Positions 1 through 7,624 of a DNA stretch of 29,424 bases are shown piece after piece. Source of the stretch: a virus; IMG/VR virus record IMGVR_UViG_3300035698_023746, positions 1-29,424 of that record. One strand, given 5' to 3'. Numbering within the stretch: the stretch's first letter is position 1; each line of letters starts with the position of its first letter. The notes beneath the pieces are model-generated. The model saw only the letters and a list, made by a program, of their open reading frames with translations. It was not told where the DNA came from and did not search any database. The translations under genes and the position numbers were made by a program.

Positions 1-188
1 GTTTTACTCCCTGTATCCATTCCTGCAACTATTTCTTGTGTATTTTCCTCACAATCCCATAAAAGTTTGATTGTGAATGGTGTTCTTTTAATGCACTTTG
101 CTTTACCAGCTTCAAGCAGATGTTTAGTTTTTGCTGGCGAACACGGTATTAAGGGTTTCCCGTTTTTATTTATTACATACACATACAT
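1..188 (-). CDS. iscB: IscB/IsrB RNA-guided nuclease, N-terminal 62 aa (runs off the window edge; absent from ORF track)
   Basis: Manual translation from ATG at 188: MYVYVINKNGKPLIPCSPAKTKHLLEAGKAKCIKRTPFTIKLLWDCEENTQEIVAGMDTGSK. This is the PLMP domain (here PLIP, with PFTIKL) followed by the RuvC-I motif G-x-D-x-G-x-K. AGGAGG SD lies about 9 nt upstream. IscB versus IsrB cannot be resolved because the HNH region is outside the window. Confidence 0.9.
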   Translation of the reverse strand, partial: MYVYVINKNGKPLIPCSPAKTKHLLEAGKAKCIKRTPFTIKLLWDCEENTQEIVAGMDTGSK

Positions 189-468
189 GGCCTTAAGCCC
201 TCCTGTGTATTGGAGTTATGCGTATTATTGGTTTTGGAGTTACCAATAAATCCGACTTCCTCTCGCAGGGATATCACAGAGTTTAACGATATGAGCACTG
301 TCCTTACCACACGGGACTGTTTAACCCATATCCAAAGAGCTTGGAACTGAGGCGGTATCCCAAGGTTTCTAATTTTCTGTGTATCGTTTACAAACATTTT
401 TACTCCTGCCTGTCTGCTGGTAACCTTTGGCTTTTAAAAGCCATGGGGCTTGCCCCGTGGTAGGTTAC
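189..468 (-). ncRNA. omega-RNA (HEARO-like) scaffold of the IscB element
   Basis: Minus strand starts GTAACCTACC (cf. typical GTCAACTACC end). GTAACCT pairs with AGGTTAC around hairpins CCACGGGG-CAAG-CCCCATGG and GGCTTTT/AAAAGCC. Further on: GGGATACCGCCTCAGTTCCAAGCTCT, a GATATGGG/CTCATATC stem and a TATTGG/CCAATA stem. Lies directly 5' of iscB. Confidence 0.85.
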
Positions 469-1694
469 TCGTAATTTTTTATTGAGTGCTTAAGATACTC
501 CATGTAAAGAGAATCTGCACACTGATTTTTACCCTTGCTTTCAGAAATTTTAGCAACGGGTTGTCCGTGGCTTTTTGACATTTTCATGACAACTTGCGGC
601 GTTGGAACAATCGTGTCGTTCGTCAAATCTGTTCCTATGCCAAAAGAACATTGAATTTTCCTTCCAAAAATTTCATGAAGTTTAATTGCCTTCGGAATAT
701 CCAAGCCATCACTGAAAACAATGCATTTTTCCCGAGGGTCTATTCCATAACCTTCATACATGGCTATAATATCATTTGCAAATTTTACAGGATTCCCACT
801 ATCATGGCGCACTCCATCATACAATTTTGCCAACTCTAATGAAAAGTCTTTAAAAAACTTCTTATGACCCAACGTATCAGGAAGGCATATTCCCCAAAGC
901 CCCCTGTATTCACGAGACCATATTTTATATGCCTCTCTCGCGCTATGCTGGACAGGCACAAGTCCCTGCATGCCCATGGGTAAGACATGGCTGAAAGTTC
1001 CGATTGCTTTTAAATCAAACTGCATCGCAGAAAATACATTGCTTGTTCCGACTAGGTTTTCCCCAAGTTCTTCCTGTAAATATTTTATAACCTGGGTTTG
1101 CCAAGCTGAATGCAACCTGCGCCTTGTCCCGAATTCTATCAAACGAAATCCGAATTTACCACCTTCACAACTTCGAACATACGATTTCAGCACGTCAATT
1201 TTGTCCTGTAACCTTTCCCATGCAACCCTGTATACCTCTTCCGTGCTAACGCTGTTCGCTTCCATCCAGTTCTTAGCAAAAACTTGATTTACCGTTGACA
1301 AAACCATAGTTTCATAAGGAATAATCCTAGCCCACGGTCCTTTCGCGTTAATATCCCACCCCTCTCCATTTTTAGGGATTGTAAGGTCATTTTCTACATC
1401 AAACCGAAAATCTTTTAAATATCGCAAATAACTATTTTTAAAATAGCCAAGACGGGAAAGGTAATCTAATTCACGACGATCCAAAAGGAGGGGGTCCAAC
1501 TTGGAAAGGGCCTCCTTGATTTCGTCCCTCGAAACATATTTGAATAGATACCCTGACCCCTCGCCACCGCCTTTCACGTTTCGACAAACGAATTTATACT
1601 CACAGTCAACATTCGAGAAACGATGAAAGACTAATTGCTGCATCGTTAATTGATAAAGGTCAAGATCGAGAAGTGATTTCATAATATAGTTCAT
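465..1694 (-). CDS. pncB: Nicotinate phosphoribosyltransferase
   Basis: Motifs LLDLDLYQLTM, EFGTRRR, GTSNV, GTFSH (phospho-His position), PDT, RHDSG, FSDGLD, FGIGTDLTND, AKISE. GGAGG SD. Confidence 0.95.
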   Translation of the reverse strand: MNYIMKSLLDLDLYQLTMQQLVFHRFSNVDCEYKFVCRNVKGGGEGSGYLFKYVSRDEIKEALSKLDPLLLDRRELDYLSRLGYFKNSYLRYLKDFRFDVENDLTIPKNGEGWDINAKGPWARIIPYETMVLSTVNQVFAKNWMEANSVSTEEVYRVAWERLQDKIDVLKSYVRSCEGGKFGFRLIEFGTRRRLHSAWQTQVIKYLQEELGENLVGTSNVFSAMQFDLKAIGTFSHVLPMGMQGLVPVQHSAREAYKIWSREYRGLWGICLPDTLGHKKFFKDFSLELAKLYDGVRHDSGNPVKFANDIIAMYEGYGIDPREKCIVFSDGLDIPKAIKLHEIFGRKIQCSFGIGTDLTNDTIVPTPQVVMKMSKSHGQPVAKISESKGKNQCADSLYMEYLKHSIKNYE

Positions 1695-1702
1695 GCCTCC
1701 AA

Positions 1703-1730
1703 ATACTGTCGGTTAAATTTTAAAAGTCAA
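1703..1730 (-). promoter_or_regulatory. Possible sigma70-like promoter for pncB
   Basis: TTGACT(1730-1725), 16 nt, CAGTAT(1708-1703). The -10 is weak. Confidence 0.4.
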
Positions 1731-1737
1731 GGATTTT

Positions 1738-1815
1738 TTAAACGAACCCAAATATTTTCCATCTTGGGAAGTTAATTATTCGCTTATTGGTTTCTATGGT
1801 TGGTATTTTTGGCAT
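1738..1815 (-). CDS. 25-aa small ORF between pncA and pncB
   Basis: AGGGAG SD, 7 nt, ATG. MPKIPTIETNKRIINFPRWKIFGFV*. Same strand as its neighbours and fills the intergenic gap. Confidence 0.5.
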   Translation of the reverse strand: MPKIPTIETNKRIINFPRWKIFGFV

Positions 1816-1848
1816 AATATGTCTCCCTGTTTGTTTTGAAGGTTAAAA

Positions 1849-2649
1849 TCAAGAAAAGAACGTGTCTGTTCTCGAAATGCGCATTCCTTTTGCCGCCATT
1901 TCGTTGACAAAGTCGTCTGCAAGGTTTTCAAAACCCGCAACGGGCGAAGACGCATCTTCAAGAAAAACGAATTTCTTAACTTCCTCGTCTGAAAATTCGC
2001 CTGCCACATCAGAGACTGTCGAACGAACGCAATGTGATAGTGCTTCGCCCGCAATCAGGATGGTATCAGCCAATTTCAAGCTATTCACGAATGGCCCGTT
2101 GAGCTTCGTTGTGGGGTCATCAGGATCTTCCACTTCAGCCCTGACAGCGGAATAATGCTCGGTTTTTCGATTTGACCCCTTTGTCACAAAGTCAACCTCT
2201 GCAAATAATTTCTGCCACGCGATAAGTGCGTCGGAAAAAACGGGATAAATCGACCACCCCCATGTCCCGATAAGGCAGTGCGGAACCCAAATATTTAGAG
2301 GATGCCTTTTGTTGATAGCAAGAGATTTAACGTAACCAACCTGCCACTCTTGTGACGCAGGGTTAGAAGCTCTCCATTTAGCATCGGAACCAACAATATC
2401 GTTTTCTTCGATGATGGTAAATGGCACGGGATGATTGCCACTCGAATCAACCCAGCAAATTGGATTGGCAATATGCACAAGCTGATGGGAGTCTAGTGTG
2501 ACGCAAATATTGTCAATCTTGTCAGCGTGTTTCGTGATCATTTTGGCAACACGTTCAGCGTCTTCGCTCGCTCCAGCTACGCATAACGCGCCTTTGGGGT
2601 CGCAAAAATCATTCTGAAAATCAATCGCAAGTAGTTGTATATTTTTCAT
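1849..2649 (-). CDS. pncA: Nicotinamidase (isochorismatase-like cysteine hydrolase)
   Basis: IDFQNDF (catalytic Asp), LDSH and WVPHC metal ligands, TKG Lys, GEALSHCV (catalytic Cys). Adjacent to pncB. Confidence 0.88.
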   Translation of the reverse strand: MKNIQLLAIDFQNDFCDPKGALCVAGASEDAERVAKMITKHADKIDNICVTLDSHQLVHIANPICWVDSSGNHPVPFTIIEENDIVGSDAKWRASNPASQEWQVGYVKSLAINKRHPLNIWVPHCLIGTWGWSIYPVFSDALIAWQKLFAEVDFVTKGSNRKTEHYSAVRAEVEDPDDPTTKLNGPFVNSLKLADTILIAGEALSHCVRSTVSDVAGEFSDEEVKKFVFLEDASSPVAGFENLADDFVNEMAAKGMRISRTDTFFS

Positions 2650-2714
2650 AATTTTGTTTTTGTTTATTCCGTTTGTAAGAATCTAATGTTAAAAAAAAAT
2701 AAATCTTGGCGAAT

Positions 2715-4190
2715 TTAATCCTCGAATTTGAAATAAGGACAAGCTTTCTTTTTCTGCGCCCATGCGAAGACCCAAAGGTAAGCAAGGAACTGACCGATGA
2801 ATTTCAGGATATTTATGAAACCCGCCCATCCAGACGTAAGCAACCTGCCAATTGGTCCGAGGACTCTTTCAATAATCGCAGCAAGCTTCGCACAGTGTTC
2901 ATCCAAACGCGCCATTTTTTCTTCCCAAGCTTTGATTCGTTCAAGAGATCCATCAACGTCAATGATTAGAGAATCGGACAGTCGGAGAAACCATTTGTCG
3001 AATTTTGAAAAGCATTTATTAGTATACATATAATCCGTGCGATAGGGACCAAAGACCAAATCTAGCTGTTGCAAGAAGTTGTAAACGTCTTTGGACAGCA
3101 CATCTTTTGGCACGAATTCATCGAAGTAACAATGCCAGCCGTAAACGCTTCCCCGATGCCTCTTTGGCGTATCGCCGAAATCCTCTGGTTTGTGCAACAT
3201 CAGCGGCCCAATAAGCGGCCTTATGGTTTCCTCGTAGAAATCTTCTACAAATTGTTTCTTGAAAGAATCGTAGAATTTTGAATAATGGTTGATTTCACCT
3301 ATTCGCCCATAAGACGAAATCGCTTTTTCTTGCAGATTCATAACGAAGTCACCATCTTCGAGCATTCTATCCACAAACATCTGCTTCCATTCTCTTTGGT
3401 AAGTCGAAGGCTTCTCTTCTGAATCGTCATCATCCTCAAGGAGGAAAAAGCGGACAAGGAAAGAAAGACCTCCCAATATCACAGCGACTACCAAGGCAGG
3501 AATTGCCATTAATTTTGCGGCAAATACCGTCCATACAAAAAGCTTTACGGCACACCACCAGATTCCCCAAACAACCACAGAGATCCCCCCTCCAATCACA
3601 ATAAAAATGTTGAGAAAAGAAGCTAAGTTAAAGACAAGTATACCCGTAAGCATTAAGACTCCCCACCCATACACAAAATACTTAGTGGAACAGTTACACA
3701 GTCCCTTTTCTTCAAAAATCGCAGAAGCTGCGGCGATTGCGAGACCGATAGGAATTCCCCACCAAAGCATGTAATATATAGGCAGATGACCATACGCTAC
3801 AAGACCGCCAAGAAACACTCCGACAATGAGGGATAACACGAACCCGACGATGGACACGGCAAAGCCCATCAGGATAAGAGAGGCAATTCCCGCTCCCGTC
3901 TCTTTAGTAATGGGAAATGGGCAATGATTCCGCCCAAAATCGTCGACCACTTTAAAAGGCTTGGCTACTGTGCTTCTTAGGATAGGCTGAAAGATGTAAT
4001 AGATCGGCCAGACAAAACAGAACCTGAATCCCGTCATACCGAACAAGCCGAACCAAAAGAACGGGCAGACAGAGAATCCCTCTGGGACATCTTTTTGCCA
4101 CAATTCATTTTTAAACAAGTATTTGAAGCCCTTGTAGATTGGATGGGTTTTCTTATACCACGCTTTTACCATTTTTTCTGGAACTAACAT
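2715..4190 (-). CDS. Multi-pass membrane protein, unknown function
   Basis: About 6-8 long hydrophobic segments in residues ~40-250, an acidic linker (EDDDDSEE), a soluble domain and a hydrophobic C-terminal segment. AAAGGA SD. Confidence 0.8.
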   Translation of the reverse strand: MLVPEKMVKAWYKKTHPIYKGFKYLFKNELWQKDVPEGFSVCPFFWFGLFGMTGFRFCFVWPIYYIFQPILRSTVAKPFKVVDDFGRNHCPFPITKETGAGIASLILMGFAVSIVGFVLSLIVGVFLGGLVAYGHLPIYYMLWWGIPIGLAIAAASAIFEEKGLCNCSTKYFVYGWGVLMLTGILVFNLASFLNIFIVIGGGISVVVWGIWWCAVKLFVWTVFAAKLMAIPALVVAVILGGLSFLVRFFLLEDDDDSEEKPSTYQREWKQMFVDRMLEDGDFVMNLQEKAISSYGRIGEINHYSKFYDSFKKQFVEDFYEETIRPLIGPLMLHKPEDFGDTPKRHRGSVYGWHCYFDEFVPKDVLSKDVYNFLQQLDLVFGPYRTDYMYTNKCFSKFDKWFLRLSDSLIIDVDGSLERIKAWEEKMARLDEHCAKLAAIIERVLGPIGRLLTSGWAGFINILKFIGQFLAYLWVFAWAQKKKACPYFKFED

Positions 4191-4421
4191 TTTAATTTTC
4201 CTTTATGGGTGTGAGTCTGTATGTTGTTTCTTTGATTTTTATGCGAAACGAGCGGGGGGGGGCTGCGATTTGAAACCGTGCCGCCACCACCTCTATAAGT
4301 GGGTATTGGTGCGGGGTAGTCTCCTGAAATTAACCTAATCTTTTAATAGTTTGCTCACGCGAGGAAAATCGGTCCCAAATTTTTTCTCGGATATAGCGAT
4401 TTCCAAAGCGTTTTTCTGACC

Positions 4422-5129
4422 TCAGCTTTTTGCGATATCTGAAGAGGTGAGAGAGTGCGAAGTCTTTACGATCTCAGAGAGACAGTGCGAAGTCTTTACG
4501 ATCTCAGAGAGACAGTATGGAGTGCGATGAATGACACGGTAGCCACACCCGACAACGATTGCTTCAATCCGACGAGTCGAGAGAGGCATCCCTTTCATCC
4601 GACTCTGCGCACTTTTGAGAGTAGCTGGGGTGCCATTTGTCAATCGATTCCTGACATAGGCCACAACTTTATTCGCCCAACTGTTGCTGATCGGAACAAT
4701 ATGAGCCGCCTTAGGGTCGGGTTTCTTCGTGAACCTCGACATTCTTTTCGCCGCCCTGTCTGCGAAGGTTTTTGCGGCTGTAGGGGTGCCTGCTACTGGA
4801 GGCCGAGGGTTTACTCGCGCAACTGGATCACTGGAAGTCTGAGGCTTTTTTGCCCCGTATTCTACGTATCTACCTCGATTTAACGTGGAGGAAACATCTG
4901 ACCTGTTCCGTGCAATCGCCCAGACGCGGCTTCTAACCTGCTTGTGCTCAATTAGTTGGGTAATCTTACCCTCAACGCTTTCGCTTTTAAATCCTTCGAT
5001 TGTAATCAACCTGCTATTCACTTTTTCCCTGATAGCCAGTGTGATTTCATGCGCTGAAAACGTTTTGTTCCCATCGACCTTTTCTTGGATCGCTTCTTTT
5101 ATAGCTTCTAAAAATTTTACTTGTCTCAT
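4422..5129 (-). CDS. Basic hypothetical protein, possibly DNA-binding
   Basis: 235-aa K/R-rich ORF in operon orientation. Contains the duplicated decapeptide CLSEIVKTSH. Confidence 0.7.
   Translation of the reverse strand: MRQVKFLEAIKEAIQEKVDGNKTFSAHEITLAIREKVNSRLITIEGFKSESVEGKITQLIEHKQVRSRVWAIARNRSDVSSTLNRGRYVEYGAKKPQTSSDPVARVNPRPPVAGTPTAAKTFADRAAKRMSRFTKKPDPKAAHIVPISNSWANKVVAYVRNRLTNGTPATLKSAQSRMKGMPLSTRRIEAIVVGCGYRVIHRTPYCLSEIVKTSHCLSEIVKTSHSLTSSDIAKS
4454..4516. repeat. Perfect 30-bp tandem duplication, in frame
   Basis: gcgaagtctttacgatctcagagagacagt at 4457-4486 and 4487-4516. Confidence 0.97.
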
Positions 5130-5190
5130 GTGTGTATTCTTCTTTTTTTTAATTTCTTATTGATTCTGTTTGTATCTTAAGTCAAGCTTT

Positions 5191-5490
5191 TTATCCAAGC
5201 CCACGAACTTTTCGCCAAACCTCCCGAGTAATCACGCCACTCATTTCATCTGGGTGTTTTATTTTCAAGGTTTCCCTGAACCACGTTGGTATAACGCCGC
5301 GCTTGTCCCATAGACGAAGCCCGTTTCGCAAAGCCATCCCTGAATGAAGATGGGTTTCTTCTACAAAGGCATTTTCACCTGTTTCCAAAATGAATGCCTT
5401 ATCTTCCTCTATCAATTCCCCGACCAAAATAGAAACTATTTGACCAAGGTCGATAGGGTTCATTTTTCTGACCATTTCTATGTTAAACAT
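5191..5490 (-). CDS. Hypothetical protein, DUF6794-like
   Basis: H-x-G-x-x-LRN-x-L-x-LW...HPDEMSGVI pattern matches my recollection of DUF6794. Not database-checked. Confidence 0.6.
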   Translation of the reverse strand: MFNIEMVRKMNPIDLGQIVSILVGELIEEDKAFILETGENAFVEETHLHSGMALRNGLRLWDKRGVIPTWFRETLKIKHPDEMSGVITREVWRKVRGLG

Positions 5491-5502
5491 ATTTTCTTTC
5501 TT

Positions 5503-6780
5503 TTAGTTAAACTCCACCAAGATGGTGAGATTGCATTGGTTGTTGTTGTAAACGATAAATTCATCATTTCTTATGCCCGATTTTCCATGTTTTGCCCAAG
5601 TCGAATCATATCCCGTGACAGGATAGCGACTTCCGCCGCCGTAACCACTTGGGGTATAAGCTTTTCCGAGAGCAACGTCGCCCAGAAACATAAAGCAGTT
5701 GGAATCTGTATTACCATCCCAATAACCATAAGAATAATTCAGGGACTTTGTCGAGTCAGAAGCGAAATAAATTCCATTCCCAAACATTTTACCCGCAATA
5801 TGCGCTGTGTTTGGCGGGGAAATCCTCAGTCCTCCCTTGAGAATCGAAAGCAGGTTTGCCTTCTTTGTGCCGTGCCACAGTTCACGCACGTTGTTTATTT
5901 TTTTCGCACGCTCTTCGAACGCGTCTGCCATTGAAGCAATCCTTACAAAGAAAGCTCGCTTGACAGATAGACGAGAGGCAACATGCATTCCCTTGCGAGT
6001 GTCCTTGTATTTATTAACGATGCGATCAAAAATCTTTGAATCTTCAATCAAATCAAGGGACACGTCAAAAACCTGCTCTTCTTTCTCCACGACAGTCTTG
6101 CTGGATGCGGGCTTCGTCTGAAGAGCCTTGTAAGATGCCTCCAAGGAATCTAAAATGTCACTTTGACGAACGACTGATTGTGTATCGGGGAAAATTGCGT
6201 TGACATCAAATTTCATTCCAATGTCCTGCGGGACGATTCTAAAATAGCTATTGATCCCATCATACCAATCATTATCTTGGTTCTCAAGGCCATCCTTGAT
6301 ACTCACTAATAAACCCCTCGCCTCATCAATCCCATCCTGTGTAACGACACCAAGAGGGGTGGAGAAGAGGCCAGTTGCGCCATTGTAGGTGATCTGTGTC
6401 GTGGAAACGATACTGTGGATGTTCCAACGCACAAGACGCTCAATCAATTTGTTTAGCTCGGGGCTATTGGAAGTTGCTTGGATCTGTGACTTTGCAACCG
6501 CATGAAGGTCGCCGCTATCATGGGTAACAGTTTTCGACTCGCCCTCTTTTACCGTGCGGACGGGAGTGTAACCCTTTTTAAGCTTCTCCTTTTCCTTTTT
6601 TCTCAAGAAAGACGCGCCGCCCCTGCTTGCTGGAAAGTTTGCAGACTGATTTTTCTTGCCTACCCGCCCCCACTCTGTAATTACCGTATCATCATCATAT
6701 AAAATGCCAATCCAGTGTTTGTTTGAGTTTTTCCGAGATTCTGCGTAAATGAGTCTGATTTCTGTTACTATGTTTGACAT
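5503..6780 (-). CDS. PARP-like ADP-ribosyltransferase (WGR + helical regulatory + catalytic domain)
   Basis: EWGRVG (WGR). TPLG...SYFRIVP (regulatory domain). LWHGT, GLRISPP, GKMFGNGIYFA, KSLNY, FLGDVALG, DEFIVY give an intact H-Y-E triad as in PARP1. Likely start is ATG 6780; the track starts at GTG 6789. Confidence 0.93.
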   Translation of the reverse strand: MSNIVTEIRLIYAESRKNSNKHWIGILYDDDTVITEWGRVGKKNQSANFPASRGGASFLRKKEKEKLKKGYTPVRTVKEGESKTVTHDSGDLHAVAKSQIQATSNSPELNKLIERLVRWNIHSIVSTTQITYNGATGLFSTPLGVVTQDGIDEARGLLVSIKDGLENQDNDWYDGINSYFRIVPQDIGMKFDVNAIFPDTQSVVRQSDILDSLEASYKALQTKPASSKTVVEKEEQVFDVSLDLIEDSKIFDRIVNKYKDTRKGMHVASRLSVKRAFFVRIASMADAFEERAKKINNVRELWHGTKKANLLSILKGGLRISPPNTAHIAGKMFGNGIYFASDSTKSLNYSYGYWDGNTDSNCFMFLGDVALGKAYTPSGYGGGSRYPVTGYDSTWAKHGKSGIRNDEFIVYNNNQCNLTILVEFN

Positions 6781-6787
6781 GGCTCCC

Positions 6788-6843
6788 ACAATGCAGTTTT
6801 TTTTTGATGAGTCAAGTTTTTTTTTGATGAGTCAAGTTTTTTT
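6788..6843 (-). promoter_or_regulatory. PARP promoter with a duplicated 20-bp unit (two TTGACT boxes, A9 tracts)
   Basis: agtttttttttgatgagtca at 6795-6814 and 6815-6834, plus a partial copy. Proximal TTGACT(6815-6810), 16 nt, CATTGT(6793-6788), 7 nt, ATG. Confidence 0.65.
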
Positions 6844-7462
6844 AGCAACAAAAGTCCCAAGAGTGGCCGCCACGAGAAAGGCACATTGGACACTCAATCG
6901 CGTCGTCCTCTGGGGTCGTCCCCATCGTGCTCCTAATCTTAAGGCGTAAGTCTTTCAAACGCTCTTGAATTTTCTCTGGATGGTAATCTTCCGTAACTTC
7001 TGGCCAAAGAAAAGTTTCTCCACCAGCCTCTTCCCATTCCCGAATATTCTTGGTGTTGTCGTCAATGAGAAGATCTTCGTCTCCCGTGCAGAATTTTGAT
7101 TTCGCCCCCGCCCCTATAACCAAGCGCTGAGTATGCTTTGGAAAGCTTTTCTTTACCCACTCAGCTTTCCCTGACCAGCAGCCCGAATCCATCATTGGCT
7201 TTGTTAGAAAGCACCATTGACCTTTCGTTTCCTCGTGGACAAGCTTGACAAGCTCATCTGCCCAAGGATATTTTTCAAGGTTCACCCAGAAATCATGACC
7301 GCGAATACGTTTGTAAAATGATCCCTTCGTTATTCCAAAGAGACTGATCAGATCGTAGCTGTCAAACTGCGTTTTCTCAGGGAGCGTATAGTTGAAGATG
7401 CGTGCTGCGCCCTTTGTAAAGTTTGCGAGAACGGCGTCAAGATCCAGACGGATAAATTTCAT
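6842..7462 (-). CDS. HAD-superfamily 5'(3')-deoxyribonucleotidase (NT5C-like)
   Basis: N-terminal DLDAVLANF (DxD motif), LTKP, LLIDDNTKNIREWEEAGG. Confidence 0.85.
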   Translation of the reverse strand: MKFIRLDLDAVLANFTKGAARIFNYTLPEKTQFDSYDLISLFGITKGSFYKRIRGHDFWVNLEKYPWADELVKLVHEETKGQWCFLTKPMMDSGCWSGKAEWVKKSFPKHTQRLVIGAGAKSKFCTGDEDLLIDDNTKNIREWEEAGGETFLWPEVTEDYHPEKIQERLKDLRLKIRSTMGTTPEDDAIECPMCLSRGGHSWDFCC

Positions 7463-7564
7463 ATTTTTTATTCGGTTTGAGTTAAAGCAGTGTAACTATT
7501 ATCACAACGCATCTAAGAATTGTCGCATGGACAGGAAGTTCCTTAAATACTCCAAGCTTTAACC

Positions 7565-7594
7565 ATTATGCGTGCCCCCCTTGAAATTAGTCAA
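7565..7594 (-). promoter_or_regulatory. sigma70-like promoter
   Basis: TTGACT(7594-7589), 18 nt, CATAAT(7570-7565), immediately after a terminator. Confidence 0.65.
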
Positions 7595-7595
7595 G

Positions 7596-7618
7596 AAAAA
7601 AGGGGCCGAAGCCCCTTT
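7596..7618 (-). terminator. Rho-independent terminator after the vWA gene
   Basis: AAAGGGGC-TTCG-GCCCC followed by T6; UUCG loop. Confidence 0.9.
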
Positions 7619-7624
7619 GTTTGA

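Larger units (their letters stand above)
1..468 (-). mobile_element. IS200/IS605-family IscB (OMEGA) element, partial
   Basis: Subterminal hairpin end, omega-RNA and iscB start. Boundary placed at about 468, overlapping the pncB stop codon. Confidence 0.82.

Noticed and set aside
173-397. 74-aa minus-strand ORF (MFVNDTQK…) and plus-strand ORF 67-249
   Set aside because: They overlap the omega-RNA scaffold and the iscB start, have no protein motifs, and are better explained by the ncRNA and iscB.
4255-4300. tRNA/tmRNA-like words (GGTTTCAAATC; GGCGGCACGGTTTC; …GCCGCCACCA)
   Set aside because: No cloverleaf can be built (no matching acceptor, D or anticodon arms), and the gap is too short for a tmRNA. 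Kept only as a generic structured island.
4454-4516. 30-bp direct repeat as a possible CRISPR array
   Set aside because: The copies are contiguous with no spacer, in frame inside a CDS, and there are no cas genes.
7480-7564. 9-bp inverted repeat (GGTTAAAGC/GCTTTAACT) enclosing the HAD gene leader as a riboswitch
   Set aside because: Most of the 5' arm lies upstream of the predicted TSS and no known riboswitch consensus is visible. It could be chance or an operator.
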